This document shows positions 12,368 to 24,791 of a stretch of 64,000 nucleotides of DNA, piece by piece. The stretch lies in contig NW_003314287.1 in the NCBI RefSeq assembly GCF_000143415.4, positions 1,812,951 to 1,876,950 of the forward strand, in the 5' to 3' direction. This DNA comes from Selaginella moellendorffii. Taxonomy: Eukaryota > Plantae > Lycopodiophyta. The notes below the pieces were generated by a model. The model saw only the letters and a list, made by a program, of their open reading frames with translations, searched no databases and had not been told where the DNA came from. A program made the position numbers and the translations under genes. Numbering within the stretch: the first letter of the stretch is position 1; each line of letters starts with the position of its first letter.

Positions 12368-13222
12368 ATGGTGGCCGGTCTCTTGATCTTCTGGCTTCTA
12401 GTCATCGGCACCGGGTGCCAATCCCTCCAAGAACATGATCGCAACGCCAGTGTCTATGGATCACGCAAGGAAGACTTCGTTCCAACGTATGGCGGCGGCG
12501 GCGGTGGAAAGCCAGCAACCCGAGATGGAGGCTCGCCATCAGACGGTAACGGTGGCGGCAGTGGCAGCGATGGTGGCGGTGGCACAGTTCCATTCACAGG
12601 TTCACCTCTTCCACCGTTTAATGGAGGAGGCGGCGGCAGTGGCGGTGGAGGTGGGGGTGGTGGCAGCGGTGGAGGAGGTGGTGGCAGTGGCGGCAGTGGC
12701 GGCGGAGGAGCACCCGGTGGCACAATCCCGTTTATTGGAGGCTCTCCGCCGTCTGGAACGGCTCCAGTCAATCCAGCTCCCACTGGAGGCTGCACTTGTT
12801 TGTAAGTATCTTTCCATTCTCTTCGATTGTTTCGTTTCGATCGTTCCATTTTGTTTCGTTCCATTTGTTTCGATTCCAGCTTCTGGGCGAATCACCCTCA
12901 GCTGTGGCCGCCATTCCTCACCATCTTCTCCAGCGTCGCGGCCATCTTCCAGGGGATCTCTCCCCGCGTCTTCGGCCCAGGGATGACGCTGCTCGCGGCC
13001 CTGCGCAACAATCGCACGGATCCATTCTCGCAGCTTCTCCGCGAGGGCACGGCGGCGCTCCTCAACTCGTATGCGCACAAGAACTTCCCGTATTCCTCCC
13101 AGTACGTCAAGGCGCGCTTCAACTCGGGCCTCGTCTCCAGGAAAGCCGCCGCTCTCCAGGCCGCCAAGTTCGCTCGCATCAACGGTGGCTATGGCGGAAA
13201 GCTAGACTACTGCTTCTTCTAG
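12368..13222 (+). CDS. Protodermal factor 1-like secreted protein with Gly-rich spacer, 2 exons
   Basis: Signal peptide MVAGLLIFWLLVIGTG, Gly/Pro-rich region, intron about 12802-12879, then the PDF1-type C-terminal domain CTCFFWANHP...TLLAALRNNRTDPFSQLLREGTAALLNSY...AAALQAAKFARIN. Confidence 0.85.
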
Positions 13223-13653
13223 CAACAGATTAGTTGGTCAATGGTGGTCAGTTCTAGCAACAGTGATAGTCAATTTATAGTCAACAAAGTCAAGGCTTAA
13301 AGTCAGGCTTAGAAATAAACATTTTATTCTTTTGGGCGGATAGCCTAACTGCTGCCGATTTGGCAACTAAACGAAACCAACGGCTGAGATTTGCTAGAGC
13401 TTAGCCTTTTTTTCCTTCTCTCTGTCTTGGTTCTTTCTCTAGGGAGCTGTCGCAACGAGCGGGAGCGCGCCAATGGATTTTAGGTCTAGCGCGTGAGAGA
13501 GGAAGGCGAGCTCGCGCGGGCGCAAGGTAGTAATCCAGCGCTTTCCTTCCTTTCTTCTCTCCTGCGCTGATGTTGCTGGCTCTTGCTCGCTCGGATGATC
13601 TAGGGCTTTGAAATCTTGTGATTGGAGCTGGAATCCGGGCAATCGGCGACGAG

Positions 13654-15704
13654 ATGGGAGGCGATTCCAAGCAGGAGCCGGGGGTTTCCAAGCAGGTAGC
13701 GGACCCGCTGTTCGACGAGGAGGAGGATTACGAGCCGTTTGAGGCGATTCCGCCGCTCAATCAGCCCCAGACGATCATCCGGCCCGAGGATCTCACCCTC
13801 AAGCACCGGATTGGCCGCGGCCCTTTCGGGGATGTCTGGCTCGCCACGATTCACAGCCATCGCGAGGAATTTGATGAGTTCCACGAGGTGGCTGTGAAAA
13901 TGCTGCCCGCCATCTCCGAGGATCACATCCGCGGCTTCACAAGTAAGCTCGAGAAAATCTTTTCTATCTCGCAAGGGGCTTCTTCCGTCACTTGGCCTAG
14001 GGGACTAACTATGAAAAATGGAAAGGTTGGTTGGTTTGTGGCACACGCTGTTGAATCGTTCTAAGCTCGATCTCTCTTTTTTTTTTTCTCACTGCAGGCT
14101 TGCGTGATCACCAAGTTTTTCGAGCTTTCAATCGGCGACAAAATGGCACGGCTGCCAGGAAATTCTATTCCTCTCGCGGATGCTCTACGGTACTGTTTTT
14201 GTTTGCTACCTAGTTTATGCGTGCTAGCGGTCTTTCTAAAGCAAAATAATTCTTCTCTGTTTCTTTCTTTCAGCTATGGCGTCAACCTGGCTCAAGGTGT
14301 TTTGGACTTGCACTCTCGTGGAATTACGGCTCTCAACCTTAAGCCTTTCAACTTCCTTCTGGACGAGCACGATCAGGCTGTCTTGGGGGAGTTTGGCATT
14401 CCATTCCTTCTCATGGACGCGATATCCAGCGATGGTCCTCTCGTGTGGCTGGGAACTCCGAACTATATGGCCCCCGAGCAGTGGGAGCCCAAGCTGAGGG
14501 GACCGGTGTCTTACGAGACGGACTCGTGGGGGTTCGCTTGCAGCTTCATAGAGATGCTGACGGGAGTTAAGCCTTGGAACACCATGTCGCCCAGTGAGAT
14601 CTTCCATGCCGTCGTTGAAAAGGGGGACAAGCCTGTAGTTCCAAGCGGCCTGCCGATAGCTCTCACGAGGATGCTGACGAGCTGCCTGGCATCCGATCGC
14701 CGTGATCGTCCAACGTTCACAGAGATTATGTCCGTGCTACGGAGGTAAAGCAAGCTTCCACTTTAAAGTTGATTTACGAACTTAGCTCTCTTGCTTGCAG
14801 TCCGAATGTGCTTCTCAAGGAAGCGGACTGGGTGGTCGTTGCTGACAAGTCATTCAAGCAAGGCTCAAAGATTGGAGTTGTGAAGAAGATGAAGGGACTG
14901 GAGTCTGCTCTGGTCCAGTTCTGTGATAAGCCAGAGGAGCCCGTGGAGTATACCGGACTTTTAAAGTGCAGCCCCTGGAGGAACGCCTTCCAAATTGGAG
15001 ACACGGTGAAGCTCAAGCCGTCCGTCGCCGTTCCGCGCTTTGCATGGAACCAGCAGCAGGCAGATGCTGAAGGCTCGGTGATCGAGATCGACAAGGACAA
15101 CGCTGTTTTCCTGGTCAAGTTCCAGGACTCTGGAGAGACTTTCAAGGCCGATCCAGCAGAGATACAACATGTCTGTGGCGGTATCGTCGCCGGCGACTGG
15201 GTCCGTGTCCGCGAAGGCTGGTCGACTGAAGGAAGCGGACGATCGCCATCCAACGTGGGGATAGTTCACAAGATACTCAAGAACGGGCTCGTCCGTGCCG
15301 CGTTTCTGGGACTGGAGACGCTGTGGGAAGGACCACCAAACAAGCTGGTGAAGGCCTCTCCCTTCCAAGCCGGGCAGTTCGTGAGGCTCAAGAACGAGGT
15401 GGTGGAGCCGAGATTCGAGTGGCCGGTGAAGAACAACCATGGCTGGGAGACCGGCAAGATAAGCCGTGTTCTTCCAAACGGCTCGCTGGTGGTGGACTTT
15501 CCGGGGCGGCTTTGGAACAGGAAATGCTACTGGGCCGACGCGGAGGAAGTGGAGATAGTCCGGCTCAACGATTGCAACGGGGTTGTGCAGAAGTACGAGC
15601 ATCTCCAGGCGATGCATTGGGCGATCGGGCCAGCGTTGTGCCTCCTGGGATTTCTAGCTGCCGTGAGAGTTGGCGGGATGGTGATCCGACCGTTTAGAGG
15701 TGGT

Positions 15705-15744
<40 letters not shown>

Positions 15745-15929
15745 ATGGTGGCGAGAGGAAGAAGAGTATGGAAGGATCATCGTCGTCTTCGCCATCGTCA
15801 TCTGTCGCAGCTGCAAATGCGGAACGCCAGATCACTCAGTTCATGGGGGATTCGAAGGGAAATTCCCTGTGGCTCCCTCCAGCTGTTGCAAGCTATCTCT
15901 TCAAAGAAGGTGGAAACGCGAGCTCGTGA
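13654..15929 (+). CDS. KEG-related kinase-like protein with C-terminal HERC2/SH3-like repeats (At4g32250 type)
   Basis: LKHRIGRGPFGDVWLATIH, HEVAVKML, LGTPNYMAPEQWEP and ETDSWGF, followed by FQIGDTVKLK, GDWVRVR and GQFVRLK..PRFEWP repeats and a C-terminal hydrophobic segment. Confidence 0.88.
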
Positions 15930-15959
15930 TCAAAAGCTATCTGTACAGTGGAAGATATA

Positions 15960-17340
15960 ATCTCACATACCTTTTAAACGAAAACTTCTTTCTTCAATGC
16001 GTGGATAATATTTCATGATTTATACAAATACTGGATGGTATTATTGTAGTATCCTTTTATGTTATATATTCATATGTATAATTAATAAAAATCCATTAAT
16101 AATGTTCTAAATGTTTTATTGAAATTAATAAAAGATACTTTATATTAAATTTGGATAATTGCATACTATTTGAAAGTTATGAGAAATATACAAATAAGTA
16201 AAATTTTAATATTTGATTTATTTGTCTGAAACATTTAAACAAAACATTCTGAAATTTATTAGCTACTAGTGATTTAAGCATAAAAAAGTATAAGTTCTTA
16301 GAATTTATATTATGATTAATTATATTTTGTAATTTGGTATGGTATCTTATATTATATGTAAAAATAAATGTAAACATTTAATTTTTACATACAAATTTTT
16401 AATTAAAATAATATAAAAAAAACTATTGTTTCGTCATTGAAAAATTTATTGTAGTTAAAATCTACTACAAAATTACTTTATATCATCTAGGGTTAATTAA
16501 AACATTTTATACAATCAAAGTATATAGAATAACCTATACCATGGTAAAGGCATTGAAATAAATAATTCAAAGGTAATTAACATATGTTAGTCACAAAAAT
16601 TTAATATAAGTTTATGATGTTGGAGCATATTATTATTTAATGTTTAAATTAAAATTAAACACTCAATAAATAATAATAATTAATATAATTTTTTATACAT
16701 TATTTAGATAGTTAATCAAATCTTTTTCTCAGAATGTTACATTGAGATTGACTCTTCAAAGCATTAAAAATTTTTAATAGCATCACAAACATTTATAATT
16801 GTTTTGCATCCATCTACTGATGATTAATTTATATCCATTCAACGATAATTAAAAAGTTTTGTTATGTTTAAAATAGTTTTACTAAAGTGCAAAATTGCTA
16901 TGTTGAGATTGCAAAAACTCATGATTGATTGCATAAACAGAAAATTCAAAATCTCCCTCGGTAATCGGTTATTTTTTTTATCAAAAATTTATCTTCATCA
17001 AAACCCATGATAACAAAAGTGCTACTTTTTTATTTTAGATTTTATTAACTTTATATTTATCTTTTACATAAATATATTTAATAAGTATAATGTGATATAT
17101 TATATTTGAAAACTTTAAATAGTGATCAAAATGCCTAAATAAACACATAGAAGATTTTTTTCTCCTCCTTAAATTTTTTTTAAAAAAATTTATTTAGAAA
17201 AATGCCTTTACAAATCAAAAAAAATTATAAAGAGATACCGTTTGTTATTTTTGCTAGCCAGGTTTAAGTTAAATTAAATTAAAGACTTAAACATTCCTTT
17301 TGCTTTAGTTTTTCAATTGATTATAGGTTTTCTTTCTACA
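15960..17340. other. Very AT-rich non-coding island
   Basis: Abrupt compositional shift to long A/T runs after the kinase stop; no credible ORF. Confidence 0.7.
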
Positions 17341-17389
17341 AGATAGTGCCTCAGTTTGGGTAATTAAAACATGCTGATCTCCTCAGTGT

Positions 17390-17600
17390 GCTTTAGGCTA
17401 CTTGGACAGCAACTTCATCCTGCTACACCTTGCTACTCATGAACCTCTTGCTGGTGATGATAGCCATCTTATTTATGTGTCTGATCTCTGGCATCACCAG
17501 ATTCTCATTTATGCTCCACTTAATAACCTAGCTGCATGGCCATGAAACTCTTTCCTACTAGCAAACCTAAATCCCATGAAGATAGCCTTGGAACTAAATT
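17390..17600 (-). mobile_element. Possible degenerate Mutator-like transposase fragment
   Basis: The minus strand reads IFMGFRFASRKEF then, after a frameshift, KWSINEN. This loosely resembles the MuDR DNA-binding motif G..F.S..EF...YAI. The sequence is broken by stops and is poor in CpG. Confidence 0.2.
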
Positions 17601-18306
17601 ATAACACATGGAAATTAAAAGATAATCTTACTTACTTAGGCCTGAGTTTGAATGCATTTGCAACACCAGCAGGAGTCACTCAACATCAATGCCTCGAGGA
17701 GTCCTCTTGGCGTTCATCATTGCCACCTTAAGAACGATCTTGTCAATCCATTTCTCAAATGCTCTCGAGTGTGAAAGAGATCATCTAAAGTTTCGCTGCT
17801 GGATCACGATAGCACATGGGAAGATCTCGCAAGCAAACTAAATGTTCTTCTCAAAAGCTATAGAGATCATGCAATCTTATAATTCAAAAATGTTCTCAAA
17901 TTTTTCACAAAAGAATACTTACAGTTTTGCCGAGCATTCTCGCCTGTAACAGAAAATACAAAGGAACGTTATTAGAAATTAAAAAACACCTGCCCAAGTG
18001 TTGCTCTTGGAGTTTCACTGCAGAAATCGCTCCCACCAGATGAAATTGTGCATGGCGAGTGCATGCCCCAATCCACCACCAGGAGAAAGAGCAAGCCATA
18101 GCTTGCTTGCTGAGATCACTTCCCCAACACGCGAAGTTACTAGACCCGCATGCATACTACAGGTGTCATGCCCGTCCTCTCGTGCTGGCCGCTAAAGCAT
18201 CAAACCCATTTTGACGGTTGTGGGAGGTTGTGCTCTTCGTTTTTATCAAGCCAAGCATTAAGACAAAATATTTGCCTAAACATGCCCATTAGTAGAGCTT
18301 AGACCA

Positions 18307-18741
18307 ATGAAACGAGGGAGTTTTTATCCTCTTGCTTTATTTCTGATTATCGCAGTTTCTTCACTCCTTGCTGCTAATGTTGTTGCTAATTTCACCACTA
18401 ATTCCACTATATTCAATCAAGTTTCTTGCAGCGACTCTGGGAAATACGACATGACACTTGAGATTAAAAACTATTGCGGGGGTGATTTGAGCATTGAGTG
18501 CAAGTTCGGGAGTGAAAAAAGCGTCAACAAGTTTATTTTAACGGATCAAGAGGCTGGCAGAATATACGTGTTTCATGGTAACGAGTGCCTTCCAGTGTGT
18601 AAGCTTAAGTGGCAAGACAGGAAGAAGCATGAATGGAGGCCATATATTTCTGCCCGTCCAAACGAAATTGTTTCATGGAGAATTTTCGGCTATGGATTCT
18701 ATTATAGCAATTCTGAAAAAGCCACAGATAATTGGGACTAA
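18307..18741 (+). CDS. Secreted S-protein homologue (SPH / plant self-incompatibility S1 family), intronless
   Basis: Signal peptide, then LEIKNYCGGDLSIECKF...VCKLKW...WRPY...VSWRIFGYGFYY...W, matching the SPH pattern (I.N.....L.(V/I)xCK...F.C...W...W.I...G.Y...W). Confidence 0.7.
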   Translation: MKRGSFYPLALFLIIAVSSLLAANVVANFTTNSTIFNQVSCSDSGKYDMTLEIKNYCGGDLSIECKFGSEKSVNKFILTDQEAGRIYVFHGNECLPVCKLKWQDRKKHEWRPYISARPNEIVSWRIFGYGFYYSNSEKATDNWD

Positions 18742-19510
18742 TCAATTATTTATAGAAACTAAAATACCTTCAATCTACAAATCTATCTTTTGCAAAGATT
18801 AAATATAAGAGATTAATAAGAAAATATAATTTATTAGAATAGAAACTACTATAATGGGGTTAAAAGGGGTTTGAAAAAATATAATATGCCTTAGGAACTA
18901 GATTTACCAAAATAAAAAAATTAATAGAGATTTATACCTATTTGGATTTCTAAAGACTAAATAGTATAACTCATCACTTTAAAGCTTTAATAAGATTTCA
19001 ACTAACAAAATTCAACATTTTTCCAATATTATCTAGAAATATAACATATGTGTACAAAGTTTTATATATTACGAGTAATTGCCTGCAAAGCCTTCCACCA
19101 CCAAGTTTGTAGAGCTTGAAGACCAATTTCCCCCAATTTCCCTCGACTTATACCATTATGTGTTCTCTAATGCCACGCGCTGCGTTCACAACCTCTGGCA
19201 TCCGTGAGCGGCTCATCGAAGAGCTCCCTCACATGCGTAATGTGGTCTCAAATCGAACAGATTATGGCCAGAGGGAGAGAAATGGTGTTGCAATTTGGCT
19301 CTCACCTCTCATTGGCCGCTAAAGATCGGAGCCTCCTAGATATATAGATTTCTCTACGTACGGAAGCATATTATTTATACCATTCCTTTAAAACCTTTTG
19401 AGCTATCTTATGTTACATGATCCCTACTCTAAGCCTGTTTTATGCTGTACAAGCTCTGATTGATCGCACTCACAAAATAATCAGCCTACAAATCTTGCCC
19501 CCCAATCTCT

Positions 19511-22500
19511 TCAGCTTTTCTCGCTCTGGCACAGCTCCAGATTCCTCAAAACTAGTCGCGCAAACACCCTCGCCTGGAGTGGAGCTGTTGTGGACGCAGC
19601 AGCTCCACGGAGAACTCGCGCCGCGCCGGACCTTTGGAGGAGATTGGCGTGGTGCAAAGCATGCCTTCCACCAGGCATTGTAAACTGCAAGGAAACACCA
19701 GGTTTTCTCGAAACCTTTCTCTCTTCTATTAAATCTTTCACGTACCTGGAGGAGAGCAAACGCGGCACAGGACCTTAGAACCGAGGAACCGTTTCGAAGC
19801 ATGGCCACGAACCTTCCTATCTCGGCGCCACTGTCAATCACACCTCAACTTTAGCAAGAGAGAAGAGAGAGGAAAGAAAACTAAAACTCAAACCTGCAGC
19901 GCAGATGCCCAGCTTCTTGTATGCGGGCGGAGTCGGAGACTTGTTGCAGCGCCGAAGGCCCCCATTGCGAAGCCGGGACTGCCGCAAGAGACGGTTGATC
20001 CGAGAACGCTTGTACAAACGCCTCAATGTTCTTCATGGCCGACTGCCTTGCCACGCCGTTTTTGGTAATGCTATCACAGTAAACAACTTCGTTTGTAGTA
20101 ACCTCATCCATCCTGACAAGCAGGCAAACGAGCACTCAGACAAATGGTCCAGGAATACACGAAAGCTGATCGAGAACACTAAGAAAAGTTTTGTACCTGC
20201 CATCGAACATGTATGCCAGAGCCAGAGCGGCCATGAATCGTGCCATCTTAGAGCGCGAGGACGAGCACAGCCGCACCAGCGCAGAAACACCGTCTTCTTC
20301 CACTATCCTCAACGCGTTTCCTGGATTGAAAGCAAGATTCCACAAAGCTCCAGCAGCAGTTTCATGAACGTCCTAAAAACACCCACAATGTCATGTCACA
20401 CACAAGAAGAGGCGTTGTGCATACCTCCGCATCCGATCTCGCTAATGCAACAAGAGGAGCAACGCCTCCTTCACGGCCAATAGCAATGCTGTACACACGT
20501 CACAAGAATCAGTCCTAGTTTACCAAGGGTGACACACAATACCTGTTTTCCTCCGATACAGACAACCCCCAGAGAGCACCCGCTGCTCTTTCTTGCAATC
20601 CTTGAGATCCATTGCTGCATCCTTGTGCCAAAGCAACCTTCACAAGCAGTTCACAGTGAGGACCAAAGACAAGAGAACGAAGTTAGTTGAAACTTACCAA
20701 TGCCTCAACACCACCAGCTGCAGCAATTGCCTCCCGATTTCTGTCGTCAAATGACAAGTTCCAAAGGGCGCCAGCAGCTTCTTGCCTAGAAGAGACGCAA
20801 ACTAAATCCATGATAGACTTGAAATGAAACGACCTCACCGGACCCCTTCGTGGTTGGAACATGTTAACTTTACCAGCGCCTCTAACGCACCCGCCTCCCG
20901 CCCTACTGCAGCATTATTCCCATTGCTATCACCGTGAGCTGCTAGATTTGCAAGCGCTCGGGCAGCCTGCAAAGAGTTAGGGAGTTATGATCAGCAGACA
21001 AATGTAAGAAAATTCTACCTGCTCTTGGACACCTTCATGCTTGCAAAAGCGAGCCAAATTGACGAGAGCGTTCACACCCCCAGCATTTGCAACCTTCATG
21101 CTGCATTTATCGTCGGCAGCTAGATTGGCAAGAGCGCCGGCTGCTCGCTCCTGAACATAAAGATGTCGAGCTCAACATAAGATCGGAACGAGAAGCACGT
21201 CTCCGTACCAAAACTCCTTCGCCACCGGCGGGCCACTTCAAGGCCAAGTCGACGAGAGCCTCAATCGCACCAGCGTCAGCGATAGCGCCCTGAAAAGCTC
21301 GACTATAGTCATACTGGAAGTATCAGAAAAAAACAAACCTTGTGCTCTTCGCCAACTGAAAGGTTCCAGAGTCCTCCAGCTGCCTCTTCTGCAACCCAAC
21401 GATTGGGAGATCTGGCTAGGCCTGCAAGGATGTTGATTCCACCCTCGGTTGCCACGGCCTTGGCAACTTCGGCATTTACGGACAAGTTTGCAATTGCCTG
21501 TAAGCGAGAAGAGTAAACGGAAGCTCAAAAGAATCCAACTCAAGAGAAACTCACCTTCGCTGCTTCGGACTGCACCCCTTCCCGAGAAGACCTGGCAAGG
21601 TCCAGAAGAGAGCGAATTCCTCCACCGTGCATAACAGCCTCCGCCCTCGAAGAATCAACAGTAGCATTCTCATCGTCAACCACTACGAAAGTCGCTAAAG
21701 CTGTGGCCGCTCTCTCCTGCACGTCTTCTTGCATGCTCTTGATCAGCCTTAGCATTACCGAAGTTCCCTGCTTCAGCCAGAAAGCGTCAAGCCCCTGAGT
21801 GTTATTCTCCGCTATCCTCAGCAGTGCGTGCGAGAGCACCCATTCCGTCCAGCAAACAAGCACCCTGCTCTCGTCCTGCTGCTCTACGCTCGAAATGCAC
21901 GCCAGCCCGTTCATCAACTCTGTGAAGCGAGCCAGCAAAACCCTGTCCTTACTAACGTAGCTCACAGAGTTGCTTCCATCTTCCAGGGCCGAGCAGCTGA
22001 GCGCACAAAGAACCCTTAAACGAGGAGCAGAAAGAAAAGACATGACAGCCGCGGGTGTTACCTCAGTCCTGGACACATCAAGTGCTACCAAGTTCTCCAG
22101 CTTACTCCATGCTTGCATGGCCTGTGTCCACATTATGTTCCTGGACCCGGCCACCGACAAGTACCTCAGAGACTTTGCCTCGCCGAGCGCAGCCTCGTCC
22201 ACCACCGCGCAGTCGAGCAAAGCCAGCTCCGTCAAGCTCGGGCAGTGCTTCACCAAGTCCCCGATAGCTTCACTGTCCACGTCCCGGATCCCCGCCAGCC
22301 GCAGGCACTTGAGTCTCCGGCAGCACACGGCTACCACCTTGATCGCCTCGTTCGTGATCTTCTCCAGCTCCGGCCCAAGCTGGAGGCTTTCCAGATTCTC
22401 GTGGCGGGCGACGAGCATCGACAGCGTCGCGTCGGTGAGATCCTTGCACCCGTCACCTATGAGCCCCTTGAGCTGCCTGGCTTGCAAGTCGATGATCAAG

Positions 22501-22889
22501 CTAGCACCTGAGGCCCCACGGAACTTTAGCTTGGAGAGCTTCGCGCATCTGGAAGCAAGCGACGACGCCATGTTGGAATCGAGAGTGTGAGCTCGCAAAT
22601 CCAGGCTGGTCCATAGTGACGGCGAGGAGGAGAGCGCGTGCCATGCCCGGCACACGGATCCAACGCTGGCCCGGTCGCGGTAATTGAGCAGCGCAAACAA
22701 TCCCAGCAGCGTATCGTCGGCCAGGCGCGTCCAATCCACGCCGCTCTCCCTCTCACACCGGACTATTACCTGGCCGTCGTGCTTGGGGATTCTCGACTCC
22801 TCCTCCTCGGCGATTCCATCGCCATTCTCCGCTGCCGCGGAGCTCTTGGTCGCGAGAGTGTGGACGCATTTCCGGCGAACGCGACGCAT
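19511..22889 (-). CDS. ARABIDILLO: ARABIDILLO-type F-box/LRR/Armadillo-repeat protein
   Basis: NLS MRRVRRK, F-box DWTRLADDTLLGLFALLNYRDRASVGSVCRAW, LRRs, and ARM repeats (QEDVQERAATALATFVV, GVQSEAAK, SKMARFMAALALAYMFDG, ARIQEAGHLRC, FTMPGGRHALHH). Confidence 0.95.
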
Positions 22890-23354
22890 TGCTTCGCTCA
22901 CTCATGCCCTAACCACCTGGCCATTGCACGCTCGCGGCTAGCCCTCTGTTCCTCTCCCTCTCCCCACGACCTAGGAGGCGCTACCACGAAACCCTGCGCT
23001 CTCCTCTCTCGTTCACTCTAAGTACTCGTTGCCCTAATATTCCCCTTGAAAACAAAATAAGCTTTACTTAATTAAGGGACTAAAGCGGTAGCTTTAGTTA
23101 ATAACATTTTAATAGCTTTAAAGGGATCAATGTTTTCCCCATGTACAAAACTTACCTGATTTTTTCCTTGAAGTTTGGTGAGAGTCCAAAACTTACCAGC
23201 GCGTTCCTTTACGTGCTCACGTCAAGCACGTATTTACATAACGTTTTTATCCTCAGCAGCAGCCAAAATTCCAGTGTCCGCGCGAACAAAGACAGTAAAA
23301 CCAAAGATAAAAGTTAGTAACTCTCCCGCAAGGAAATCGAATAGCAAGGGATGC

Positions 23355-24329
23355 TTACCGGATGATTCCCGGCCTCTTTCCTAGGCGTTGCAAGGTCGTC
23401 CCGAGATGATCTCCACAGCGACTAGCAGTGCGCTGGATGATCGCCATGATCTTAGTGTGGTCGATCTTCGCCTTGGTCTTACTCCTGCTGCAATGTCTCA
23501 CGATCCAGGGATGCGCGAGCACGCGATCCAGCGTCGTCCTCTTTCTCGGCTCCACCGCCAGCATCCCCCGGAGGAGATCCGCCGCTCCATCCGAGAACAA
23601 ACCATCCGGGAATCGCCCAGCTCGCAGCAAATCCATCACTCTCCACTCCGTGCAGCCTCTCAGAAGCTCGTAGGCGATGAGTCCCAAACCCCACACGTCC
23701 ACCGCCTCGGTGTAGCTCGATTTCCCAAACTTGATCGCGATCACCTCGGGCGCCAAGTACTTGCCAGTCCCGCAGCACTCCGCCATCTCCCTCGGATCGT
23801 CCGTGGCGATGCCAAAGTCTCCAATCACAACATCGTCAGCCGCGGCGGCGTCCAGCTTGAGAAACACATTCTCCGGCTTGAGATCCCGGTGAACGATTCC
23901 CCTGGAGTGGATCTCCTGGATCGTCTCCGCCAGCTTCTTGATCGTCCTCGCCGCATCCTCCTCGCACATCGGCCCGGCCTTGAGCAGTCGATCGAAAAGG
24001 CTAGGGCCGCAAAGCTCCATCACGATGCTCCCGTAGCACTGCGCGCCATCTCTCTCCTTGACAAAGCCCTCGAGGTGGGCGACGCCGGGGCAAGCGTGAA
24101 GCATGTCCATGATGCTAGCTTCTCTCTTGGCCTCGCTACCCAATCGAAACATCTTCCCCGCATACCTCTTGTGACCAAACCCGCGATGGGTGAGCGCGAA
24201 GACCTGGCCTTGCCCACCAGAGCCCAGCTTCTTGCCCCTCTTGTATCGCTTCAAGAGCTCACCACAGTCTTCGTCGCGAAACTCCACGTCTTGAGTCACC
24301 ATCGCTTCTCTCTCGCCAAGCTGCTCCAA
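23355..24329 (-). CDS. Intronless Ser/Thr kinase, CAMK/CDPK-related catalytic domain without EF-hands
   Basis: LGSGGQGQV, YAGK, IVMELC, IVHRDLKPEN, GDFG, GTGKYLAPE, VDVWGLG, HPWI. Confidence 0.85.
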   Translation of the reverse strand: MEQLGEREAMVTQDVEFRDEDCGELLKRYKRGKKLGSGGQGQVFALTHRGFGHKRYAGKMFRLGSEAKREASIMDMLHACPGVAHLEGFVKERDGAQCYGSIVMELCGPSLFDRLLKAGPMCEEDAARTIKKLAETIQEIHSRGIVHRDLKPENVFLKLDAAAADDVVIGDFGIATDDPREMAECCGTGKYLAPEVIAIKFGKSSYTEAVDVWGLGLIAYELLRGCTEWRVMDLLRAGRFPDGLFSDGAADLLRGMLAVEPRKRTTLDRVLAHPWIVRHCSRSKTKAKIDHTKIMAIIQRTASRCGDHLGTTLQRLGKRPGIIR

Positions 24330-24791
24330 GTCCGAATAGAAAACCTAGCTTCTTCACAACGGGTATATTTCAACGGCCCCGATGGTGTTTGGCCGACGGT
24401 GGAGATGCGCTTTGCTATTCTGGACACACAATCGTGATTTGATAGTACGGAATATGATTATTTCTGATACAGTTGAAGATTATGCCTGAGATATTTTAGT
24501 ACGGGTGAAGGTACCAGCTAAATCCAGGTAAAGCAAAGTATATGCCCATGTGTCCTTGCTAAAGTGCGTGTGTGAAGACGCGGGGCCAGGCCACTGTTGC
24601 CAGCCAACCATATCGCATAGAAATGCTTGGCCTATATTGTAACCACGGGGATTTTGGAAAGCCCTAGTTAGCCCACGCTCTGGCCTTTTCTGTTATGTTA
24701 ATTTTTGTAAAGGTCAGGCGTTAGCAAGTCCTTGGGGGATTCCGCCCACTGTGTCGCGCGACGAGAGAGAGAGAAAGGGAGAGCGCTGGCT

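Noticed and set aside
12454-12864. Extensin-like poly-Pro ORF on the minus strand
   Set aside because: Simply the reverse complement of the poly-Gly tract; no signal peptide.
23388-24437. 349-aa ORF antisense to the kinase
   Set aside because: Shadow ORF caused by high GC3 codon bias; no domain. The opposite strand has the full kinase motifs.
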